DNA of 64,000 nucleotides from Chlamydiales bacterium (GTDB lineage Bacteria; Chlamydiota; Chlamydiia; Chlamydiales; JACKPQ01): NCBI GenBank assembly GCA_024233435.1, contig JACKPQ010000001.1, positions 260,829 to 324,828 of the forward strand, read 5' to 3'. Shown piece by piece: positions 56,816 to 64,000 of this stretch (position 1 is its first letter; each line of letters starts with the position of its first letter). The notes under the pieces were generated by a model. It saw only the letters and a program-made list of their open reading frames with translations, ran no database searches and was not told where the DNA came from. The position numbers and the translations under genes were made by a program.

Positions 56816-57724
56816 ATGAAACGAACCAAAAGATTTTTACTCATTCTTGTTGCAATCGGAGCTGTCATGGGGTCAGCGACTTTGATGAAAAATAGGTCAG
56901 AGCCGACTTTAGTCGTTGAAGCTGAAGAGGTTTATGAACCTATTGCGCTTGCTGTTGAAGAAGATAAAAGAGTTGATCGTATCCATGAGTTTTTTACCAC
57001 AGGCATCAATAAGCTCCCGATTGTTAAAACCGTCAGCTATAGTCCGCGTGTTGATTGGCTTGAGGGGCGTGCCGCATGGATTGCAGACTATGCATCCTAC
57101 TTTGGAACATCTCGCCATTTTATTGCACGGAGTCTAAACGGTAAAGCCGATTACCTGACCCAGAAGGTGTCTCATGGCGATCGCTTCAATGTTCTAAATC
57201 CGGATAAAAATTTTGAGTTTAACCTAAAGGTTGACCTTTCAAAATGCGAGATGCATTTTTACTACACTGATCTTGATACTGGGGAAAAAACTCTTTTGAA
57301 GACCTACCAAGTTGGCCTTGGACGCGTTGACCCAACATCCCCAAGTGGCTATCTAACACCAACCGGTAAATACACGCTCGGCGAAAAAGTGGGTATCTAT
57401 AAGCCAGGAGCTACTGGCCTTTTTCAAGAGAACGAAGCTGAAATGATCCAAATTTTTGGCACACGTTGGATTCCATTTGGAGAAGAAATAGAAGGGTGCT
57501 CTATGGGAGCTAAAGGCTATGGATTACATGGAAATCCATGGCTTCCTAATCCAGAAACAGGTGAGTTAGAAGAGTGTCGCGATACCATAGGCCAGTATGA
57601 CAGCGATGGATGCATCCGTTTGAATAAAGAGGATATGGAAGCGCTCTTTTCAATCATTGTCAGCAATCGCCGCACTGTTATTGATATTGTTCCATCTATA
57701 AGCGAGGAATCTCATGTCAAGTGA
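56816..57724 (+). CDS. L,D-transpeptidase (YkuD) domain protein with a signal or anchor
   Basis: YGLHGNPW ... SDGCIRLNKEDMEALF (the catalytic His and Cys motif of YkuD). N-terminal TM. Confidence 0.8.
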   Translation: MKRTKRFLLILVAIGAVMGSATLMKNRSEPTLVVEAEEVYEPIALAVEEDKRVDRIHEFFTTGINKLPIVKTVSYSPRVDWLEGRAAWIADYASYFGTSRHFIARSLNGKADYLTQKVSHGDRFNVLNPDKNFEFNLKVDLSKCEMHFYYTDLDTGEKTLLKTYQVGLGRVDPTSPSGYLTPTGKYTLGEKVGIYKPGATGLFQENEAEMIQIFGTRWIPFGEEIEGCSMGAKGYGLHGNPWLPNPETGELEECRDTIGQYDSDGCIRLNKEDMEALFSIIVSNRRTVIDIVPSISEESHVK

Positions 57725-58676
57725 CCAAAAGCGGATTGAAGAGTATGAAAAAACGCTCGAGCGCTTAAAAACTCAGCACGATAGCGATGGGATCTGGTCA
57801 GATGAAGAGATTCATAAGCTAGAGAATAAATTACACGAGCTAAAGCAGCAGGTCTATTCAAGGCTATCAGCCTGGGAGCGCGTTGAGATTTCTCGCCATC
57901 CTGATAGACCACGATCCATTGGATATATTGAGCATGTCTTTGACACTTTTGAAGAACTATGCGGAGATCGTCTATATCGAAATGACGATGCTATCATCGG
58001 GGGATTAGGCACGATAGGCGAGAAGAAATTTGTAGTTATTGCTGAAGAAAAAGGAAATGATACAGATAGCCGTATCAAACGCAACTTTGGCATGCCGCAT
58101 CCAGAAGGGTATCGCAAGGCCCTTCGCCTTATGAAACTTGCCGAAAAATTCCACCTGCCCATCATCTCGTTTGTCGACACTCCAGGGGCTTATCCAGGTC
58201 TTGATGCAGAAGAGCGTGGTCAGGGTTGGGCAATTGCAACAAATCTTTTAGAAATGGCACGTCTTAAAACACCATTGCTCGTTCTCCTCATCGGAGAAGG
58301 GTGCTCTGGGGGTGCTTTAGCAATTGGAATGGGTGATACCATTGGTATGCTTGAGCACTCTTACTACTCAGTTATTTCACCTGAGGGGTGTGCTTCGATT
58401 CTTTGGAAAGATTCAAATATGAGAGAAACCGCAGCAGCAGCCCTTAAGATGCATGCTGAAGATCTTATTCAATTTGGCATTATTGACCATATTATCTATG
58501 AACCGCTCGGTGGAGCGCACAACGACCCGTCTGTCATCTATAAAAAAGTGAAGCAGTACATTTTGGATGAAACAAAAAAACTAGGCGATATGCCCATCGA
58601 TGAGCTGTTAGAAGCTCGCTACCAAAAATACCGCGTCCTAGGCGCATTGGAAACCACTTGTGAAACTCCTTCTTAA
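57714..58676 (+). CDS. accA: Acetyl-CoA carboxylase carboxyltransferase alpha subunit
   Basis: Canonical AccA sequence (RPRSIGYIE..., FVDTPGAYPG, GEGCSGGALA). Confidence 0.92.
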   Translation: MSSDQKRIEEYEKTLERLKTQHDSDGIWSDEEIHKLENKLHELKQQVYSRLSAWERVEISRHPDRPRSIGYIEHVFDTFEELCGDRLYRNDDAIIGGLGTIGEKKFVVIAEEKGNDTDSRIKRNFGMPHPEGYRKALRLMKLAEKFHLPIISFVDTPGAYPGLDAEERGQGWAIATNLLEMARLKTPLLVLLIGEGCSGGALAIGMGDTIGMLEHSYYSVISPEGCASILWKDSNMRETAAAALKMHAEDLIQFGIIDHIIYEPLGGAHNDPSVIYKKVKQYILDETKKLGDMPIDELLEARYQKYRVLGALETTCETPS

Positions 58677-60450
58677 AGCAGCCCTTAAATCACGTAAACA
58701 TTTATATCTTCTAGTGATCACATTTTTCTCGTTGGTGCTGCTGACAGTTGCATCTCAGATGGAAATGTTTTCTCTTGGAACGCTGATGGATCGCAGTGTT
58801 GTAACATCTTCAACACCTTTGCGTGGTAATCCTATTCAGTTCTTGATCGAAAAAGCTAGGTCGTTTTTTTCATTTGGGGATAGTGGCGTTGAGTTGCTAT
58901 TAGGTGTCATAGCCATTGTTGCTGTTTTCAAAGCTGTCATGTTATTCATCTCCCGCTTTGCAACGCAGGTCCTTTCAATTCGCATCAGTCGCGATCTACG
59001 CCACCACTACTTTGAATACATCCAATACTTGCCGATGAGTTTTTATCAAAAATATGATATCGGTACGCTCGCATCTCGCGTTGCTTCCGATGCCTCACAA
59101 ATCGCTCAATCTGTCAATGCATGGATTACAAACTATTTGCATACGCCTTTTACGCTCGTCACAACCCTTGGGGCATGCTTTTACATCTCCTGGCAATTAT
59201 CCATGGTGGTTTTTCTTGGAATTCCCTTAATTGTTATACCGATTGTGATTCTTGCCCGAAAAGTCAAAAAAGTTACACGCCAGCTACAGCGCAATCAAGA
59301 GAAATTTACATCGGTGCTCATCGATTCGCTTGCAGGGATCCAAACGGTTAAAATCTTTGGAATGGAGCAGTTTTCTCTTGAGAAGTACAAACTACAGAAC
59401 GAGCAAATGGCCCATTTAGAAACAAAAACAGCAAAATACGATCTGCTAACGCGTCCCATTTTACATACTATCACAACCATCTGTCTTGTGCTTGTTGTGC
59501 TCTCGGGCCTCTATGTTTTTAAAATGAACATTGCCGAGCTCTTTAGTTTTTGTGGCCTGCTCTACCTTGCCTATGAGCCAATCAAGAAGTTTGCCGATAC
59601 CAACACCAATATTCAAAAAGGCGTTGTTGCCGCAGAGCGCCTCTTTGAAGTTCTAAATATCAAGCCCGATCTTATCGACGATCCAAAAGCCATTTCCCTA
59701 AAATCCTTTAAAGAATCGATCAACTTTGACAACGTCTCTTTCCGCTATGGGGATGATTGGGTTTTGCGCGATGTCTCATTCAGCGTCAAAAAAGGTGAGA
59801 CAGTGGCCTTAGTTGGTGCAACAGGTGCTGGTAAATCCACCATCGTTCAGCTCTTACCACGCCTCTATGATGTTCAAAAAGGCAAGATCTCTATCGATGG
59901 AAAGCCCTTACAAGCCTACACACAAAAATCCTTGCGTGAACAAATCGCTTTTGTCTCACAAAAGCCATTCCTATTCTACGACACCATAGCCTCTAACATC
60001 TCTTTTGGCCGCAACTTTACCCGCGAAGAAATTATTGATGCTGCCAAGCGCGCCCATGCATCAGAATTTATCGACCAGCTCCCCTTAGGCTATGATACAC
60101 CCCTTGCGGAAACTGGCAAAAACCTATCCGGTGGCCAGCAGCAGCGTCTTGCCATTGCGCGCGCACTCGTCAAAAAAGCCCCCATTCTCATCTTGGATGA
60201 AGCAACATCCTCACTTGATGCTATCAGCGAGCTTCGCATTAAAGAGGCCATTCACGAGTTGCATGGCGAAGTGACCCAAATCATCATCGCTCACCGCCTA
60301 TCTACCATTGAGCACGCCGATCGCATCATTTACTTTGAGCATGGCCGCAAATTAGCCGAAGGGACTCGCGAAGAGCTTCTAGCCACTTGCAAGCCCTTCA
60401 AGCTGCTTTGGGAGACCCATTTTCGTCGCCTTGAACCCGCATCGTTATAG
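58660..60450 (+). CDS. msbA: ABC exporter, fused TMD-NBD (MsbA-like lipid flippase)
   Basis: 6 TM plus an NBD with GATGAGKST, LSGGQQQRLAIARA and ILILDEATS. GTG start inside the accA end. Confidence 0.85.
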   Translation: MKLLLKAALKSRKHLYLLVITFFSLVLLTVASQMEMFSLGTLMDRSVVTSSTPLRGNPIQFLIEKARSFFSFGDSGVELLLGVIAIVAVFKAVMLFISRFATQVLSIRISRDLRHHYFEYIQYLPMSFYQKYDIGTLASRVASDASQIAQSVNAWITNYLHTPFTLVTTLGACFYISWQLSMVVFLGIPLIVIPIVILARKVKKVTRQLQRNQEKFTSVLIDSLAGIQTVKIFGMEQFSLEKYKLQNEQMAHLETKTAKYDLLTRPILHTITTICLVLVVLSGLYVFKMNIAELFSFCGLLYLAYEPIKKFADTNTNIQKGVVAAERLFEVLNIKPDLIDDPKAISLKSFKESINFDNVSFRYGDDWVLRDVSFSVKKGETVALVGATGAGKSTIVQLLPRLYDVQKGKISIDGKPLQAYTQKSLREQIAFVSQKPFLFYDTIASNISFGRNFTREEIIDAAKRAHASEFIDQLPLGYDTPLAETGKNLSGGQQQRLAIARALVKKAPILILDEATSSLDAISELRIKEAIHELHGEVTQIIIAHRLSTIEHADRIIYFEHGRKLAEGTREELLATCKPFKLLWETHFRRLEPASL

Positions 60451-60455
60451 TATCC

Positions 60456-61082
60456 TCATTCCAAAGGGTGTTTTGGGCAAAAGCCTGCCGCTTTGATCTG
60501 GCTGTTGTCTACGATTTGGTTACAGCCGTGTCTGAGCGGCTTTGAAGAGTCAAACTCGACGTTGCCGTAAAGCGCAGCTCTGGTTGGGTGGTCATCGTTG
60601 CAGAGATTAAAAACGCCGCTAAGGTGGCGATCAATAGCAAAAGCAAAAGCGCTAGCAATATCATCCACATGGATGTGGTTTGTAACCTCTTTGCCGGTTC
60701 CAGGCATAATGGGGCGGATTCTCTTGGCGATTTCGCGACCTGGGCCAAAAATTCCAGCGCACCGAAAAATGCAGACTGTGATGGGAAGGCTTTTCAGCAG
60801 CTCTTCTGCGTTAGCGTGCTCAATAGAGCGATTGCAGTTAACCGATGTGCTGCTTACAAATAGGACCTGTTTGCAAGTAGCAGGGAGGACTTGGCAAAGG
60901 CTATGAGCTGGTTCTGGAACGGTAAGAATGATGGTGTCGCAGTCGTGTAGATATGGTTTTAGAGCTTGGGGACTTGTCGCATCGCAAGCGTGGGTGCGCG
61001 TGATCCGCACCACCTCGTGATCATGCAATTTATCAGCAATAGCAGATCCGACATAGCCGCAGCCGATGATGGCAATTTTCAT
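60456..61082 (-). CDS. NAD(P)-binding Rossmann-fold protein (SDR/epimerase-like)
   Basis: N-terminal MKIAIIGCGYVGSAIADKL dinucleotide-binding motif. The specific function cannot be assigned. Confidence 0.55.
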   Translation of the reverse strand: MKIAIIGCGYVGSAIADKLHDHEVVRITRTHACDATSPQALKPYLHDCDTIILTVPEPAHSLCQVLPATCKQVLFVSSTSVNCNRSIEHANAEELLKSLPITVCIFRCAGIFGPGREIAKRIRPIMPGTGKEVTNHIHVDDIASAFAFAIDRHLSGVFNLCNDDHPTRAALYGNVEFDSSKPLRHGCNQIVDNSQIKAAGFCPKHPLE

Positions 61083-61765
61083 AACATCTGCATTTTTTCA
61101 AGGGTGATTTTCAGCTCTTCGTTTTCAGGCTTGTCAAATGAGCCTTGCTCTTTAAGCCACGCGATGTAGCTTTTTGGAATTTCACTTAAAGGTTTCCCGC
61201 GGTGTTTGCCAAATGGCATCGTGCGCATAAGACGAGGAGTGGAAAGGAGCTCTAGGCAGTGCTTAATGGGAAGATCATCTGTCATGCGCTTGAATACTTC
61301 GTGCAAAACAATCACATCATCAAGAGCTCTGTGGGCGTTGTTGGCGGCAATGCCATAGACCTCGCGCAAGTGCTGCAGGGAGTGTTTTGGCAGATCGGGA
61401 CGGTAGCGGCGTGCCCATTTGAGGGAGTCAAGAAAAATCCATTCGGGAAAAGTCAGGCCATGGCGAGAGAAGCTATGCTGTAGAAAAGGAAGGTCAAAGG
61501 CATCGTTGTTGTGAGCGATTAAAATGGTGTTGCCTTCACAAAATGCAGCAAACTGAGCGCCGACTTCTTTGAAGGTTGGCTTATCCATGACCATCTCATC
61601 GGTAATTTTGTGTACAGCAGTCGCTTCTGGTGGAATGGGTCTACCAGGATTGATCAGCGCTTCAAAAGTTGTGTCATTTGTGGGGTCGTAGGCAGCAATT
61701 TCGATGATCTCTTCGCGGTCAGGTCTGATTCCAGTGGTTTCTGTGTCGTAAAAGATGGCGCGCAT
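61079..61765 (-). CDS. DnaQ-like 3'-5' exonuclease with a C-terminal DUF3820-like tail
   Basis: Exo I FYDTETTG, Exo II HNNDAFDLPFL and Exo III HRALDD. The tail is MPFGKHRGKPLSEIPKSYIAWL. I prefer ATG 61765 (AAGGGA SD). The ORF opens at TTG 61819. Confidence 0.8.
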   Translation of the reverse strand: MRAIFYDTETTGIRPDREEIIEIAAYDPTNDTTFEALINPGRPIPPEATAVHKITDEMVMDKPTFKEVGAQFAAFCEGNTILIAHNNDAFDLPFLQHSFSRHGLTFPEWIFLDSLKWARRYRPDLPKHSLQHLREVYGIAANNAHRALDDVIVLHEVFKRMTDDLPIKHCLELLSTPRLMRTMPFGKHRGKPLSEIPKSYIAWLKEQGSFDKPENEELKITLEKMQML

Positions 61766-61830
61766 GTTTTCCCTTGTCTTTTTCATCCCAAAATAGCAAG
61801 CTAAAGGTGTTTTAAGCAAACGGAGTTTTT

Positions 61831-62349
61831 ATGTTCTCTTTGTGTATTTTTCTAGCCCTGAGTGTCCAGTCATTTTTGACAGGTCATGAAAAAGAGCTGA
61901 TTAAGGCAATCGATGATGAAAAAACACACATCCAAGTAGCCATCTACACTTTTACAAACAAGCGTATTGCAGAGCACTTAATCAAAGCACACACAAAAGG
62001 GGTTGAGGTTGAGGTTTTTATCGATCCATTTTCACAAAAGGCTGGGGGAGCTGTTGATTTGCTTTTGAAAGAAGGCGTTCCCGTTTATCGCTATACACCC
62101 AAAGAGCAAAAATGCTGGACATCAATCTGTCATCACAAATTTTGTACTTTTGAAAGCCAGCAAGGCGTTTGGACAGGATCGTATAATTTTACCTATAAAG
62201 CGGAAAACTCAAACCGAGAAAATGCCGTTTATATCACTGACGATAAAGCATCTTATGAGCAGTTTTCAAAAGAGTTTGATAGCCTTAAGGCTGTAGGAGA
62301 GCGCTTGAAAGTTATAGAGGAATCGCCTACAATAAAGAACAATGGATAA
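61831..62349 (+). CDS. Phospholipase D/Nuc-family (single HKD) protein with a signal peptide
   Basis: HKD motif HHKFCTF...GSYNFTYKAENSNRENA. N-terminus MFSLCIFLALSVQSFL. Confidence 0.8.
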   Translation: MFSLCIFLALSVQSFLTGHEKELIKAIDDEKTHIQVAIYTFTNKRIAEHLIKAHTKGVEVEVFIDPFSQKAGGAVDLLLKEGVPVYRYTPKEQKCWTSICHHKFCTFESQQGVWTGSYNFTYKAENSNRENAVYITDDKASYEQFSKEFDSLKAVGERLKVIEESPTIKNNG

Positions 62350-63346
62350 ATATAACTTTTACAAGACCGATACAAAAAAAGTTTTGAAGTCTCTTCCAAA
62401 AGAGACGCTGCTCAGTGCTCTAAAGGAGATGATCTTAATACGTGTATTTGAAACACGTGCAGAATCAGCTTATCAGCATGGGCTTATCGGCGGTTTTTTT
62501 CATGCCTACACAGGCCAAGAAGCGATCCAGACAGGTTGTATTCATGCACTGGGCAAAGACCATTGGTATGCCACAACCTATCGCTGCCATGCCCTGGCGC
62601 TATTGCTTGGCGTAACACCCAATGAGATCATGTCAGAGCTTTACGGTCGTGCTAATGGCAACGCTCAAGGGCGGGGTGGCTCCATGCACCTTTATTCCGA
62701 TCGATTGCTTGGCGGTTTTGGAATTGTAGGTGGCCATTTGCCTGTTTCAACCGGTGCTGCTTTTTCCATTAAATACAAAAATCAAAAAGATAAGCTATCC
62801 CTTTGCTTTTTAGGAGAAGGGGCTTCAGTACAAGGAACATTTCATGAATCTTTAAATCTAGCCTCTCTTTGGAACCTACCCTGCATTTACGTCATTGAGA
62901 ACAACAAATGGGGCATGGGTACAGCTGCAACCCGCGCGATTTGTGTCGAGCCTGTAGCAGAGCATTTTGCCAAGGCCTATGGCGTTGAAAGCTACACACT
63001 CAATGGAACCGATTTCCTCCAAACATATGCAGCATTTAAAGAGATCGGCGAAAAAGTGATCAAGACTCAGCGCCCCATCATCGTTGAGGCAGTTGCAGAG
63101 CGTTTTCGAGGCCATTCAATCTCTGATCCTGGCTTATATCGCAGTAAAGAGGAGCTTGAAGAGGCTAAAAAAGGGGACCCAATCACGATTTTATTTAACT
63201 ATCTCAAAGCTGAAAAGATGATCGATGACCCAGGACTTGATGCTCTCAACAAAGAAGCCAAAGAGATTGTTGTTGCAGCCATGGAACATGCTGACAAGAG
63301 CCCATGGCCAGATCCTCTCACACTTGAGGAGGGTGTCTATGCCTGA
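62342..63346 (+). CDS. pdhA: Pyruvate dehydrogenase E1 alpha subunit
   Basis: TPP-binding segment GEGASVQGTFHESLNLASLWNLPCIYVIENNKWGMGT. Confidence 0.9.
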   Translation: MDKYNFYKTDTKKVLKSLPKETLLSALKEMILIRVFETRAESAYQHGLIGGFFHAYTGQEAIQTGCIHALGKDHWYATTYRCHALALLLGVTPNEIMSELYGRANGNAQGRGGSMHLYSDRLLGGFGIVGGHLPVSTGAAFSIKYKNQKDKLSLCFLGEGASVQGTFHESLNLASLWNLPCIYVIENNKWGMGTAATRAICVEPVAEHFAKAYGVESYTLNGTDFLQTYAAFKEIGEKVIKTQRPIIVEAVAERFRGHSISDPGLYRSKEELEEAKKGDPITILFNYLKAEKMIDDPGLDALNKEAKEIVVAAMEHADKSPWPDPLTLEEGVYA

Positions 63347-64000
63347 AATCGACATGAGAGAGGCCCTGCGCCAAGCAATGGATGAAGAGATGACCCGCGA
63401 TGAAAACGTCTTCATCATGGGCGAAGAGGTTGCAGAGTATAATGGCGCCTATAAAATTACTAAAGGGATGCTTGATAAGTGGGGCGATAAACGCGTTATC
63501 GACACTCCCATCACCGAGAGTGGATTTGCAGGCCTTGCAATTGGCGCTGCGATGACAGGGCTGCGCCCTATTGTCGAGTTCATGAGCTTTAACTTCTCAT
63601 TTGTTGCTTTCGATCAGCTTGTATCTAACGCTTGCAAAACCTATTACATGTCAGGTGGCAGATTCAAAGTGCCCATAGTGTTTCGTGGACCAAATGGAGC
63701 GGCAGCCCAAGTCTCCTGCCAGCACTCCCACTGTGTGGAATCACTCTATGGCAACCTACCAGGCTTTATCATCATCGCACCATCAAATCCTGCAGATGCC
63801 AAAGGGCTGCTTAAATCAGCCATTCGCAACGATAATCCCGTTCTTTTTTTAGAGAGCGAGCTTGATTACAACCTCAAAGGTGAGGTGCCAGAGGGCGAGT
63901 ATCTCGTGCCCATTGGTAAAGCTAAAATTGTTCAAGAGGGCAAGCACATCACCCTTATTTCTTACAGTCGCATGCTCGGCTTTTGTGTAAAAGCTGCCGC
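63339..64000 (+). CDS. pdhB: Pyruvate dehydrogenase E1 beta subunit (3' end beyond the window)
   Basis: My own translation from ATG 63339 gives MPEIDMREALRQAMDEEMTRDENVFIMGEEVAEYNGAYKITKGMLDKWGDKRVIDTPITESGFAG..., the canonical E1 beta sequence. The frame is open to the window edge, so it is absent from the ORF track. Confidence 0.85.
   Translation, partial: MPEIDMREALRQAMDEEMTRDENVFIMGEEVAEYNGAYKITKGMLDKWGDKRVIDTPITESGFAGLAIGAAMTGLRPIVEFMSFNFSFVAFDQLVSNACKTYYMSGGRFKVPIVFRGPNGAAAQVSCQHSHCVESLYGNLPGFIIIAPSNPADAKGLLKSAIRNDNPVLFLESELDYNLKGEVPEGEYLVPIGKAKIVQEGKHITLISYSRMLGFCVKAA

Overview
The window looks like chromosomal DNA from a Chlamydia-related bacterium (phylum Chlamydiae, outside Chlamydiaceae). 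The evidence is gene order. From my memory of the C. trachomatis D/UW-3 map, four blocks match: lptF/lptG-tilS-ftsH ... pnp-rpsO-tadA (CT838-CT844), rpmE-prfA-prmC-ffh-rpsP-trmD-rplS-rnhB-gmk-(omega)-metG-recD (CT022-CT033), groES-groEL-pepF (CT110-112) and himD-CT266-accA-msbA (CT264-267). This should be verified by alignment. Genes are tightly packed, with many ATGA/GTGA start-stop overlaps. The ORF track prints TTG/GTG starts as M, so I trimmed several starts to the first ATG that has a Shine-Dalgarno sequence.

Several accessory islets sit in this backbone:
- a full cyoABCD-cyoE quinol oxidase operon, with an antisense Cys-rich lipoprotein gene in its spacer;
- two repeat-containing, effector-like genes (a 675-aa protein with a 600-bp tandem duplication, and a Hanks-type Ser/Thr kinase) wedged between ftsH and pnp;
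- two EEP-family (endonuclease/exonuclease/phosphatase) genes, one of them exported;
- an AT-rich insertion behind metG, bracketed by a decayed duplicate of the metG 3' end;
- a tightly coupled recD2 - RNA ligase - HD-Pnk operon;
- a tRNA-Asn-adjacent region with a duplicated module, a gadC / beta-carbonic anhydrase / gadB acid-resistance cluster, and a eukaryotic-type tyrosine phosphatase.

I saw no rRNA, CRISPR array, transposase or integrase. Every functional call rests on motifs read by eye, and I could not run any database search. Novelty claims are therefore hypotheses.
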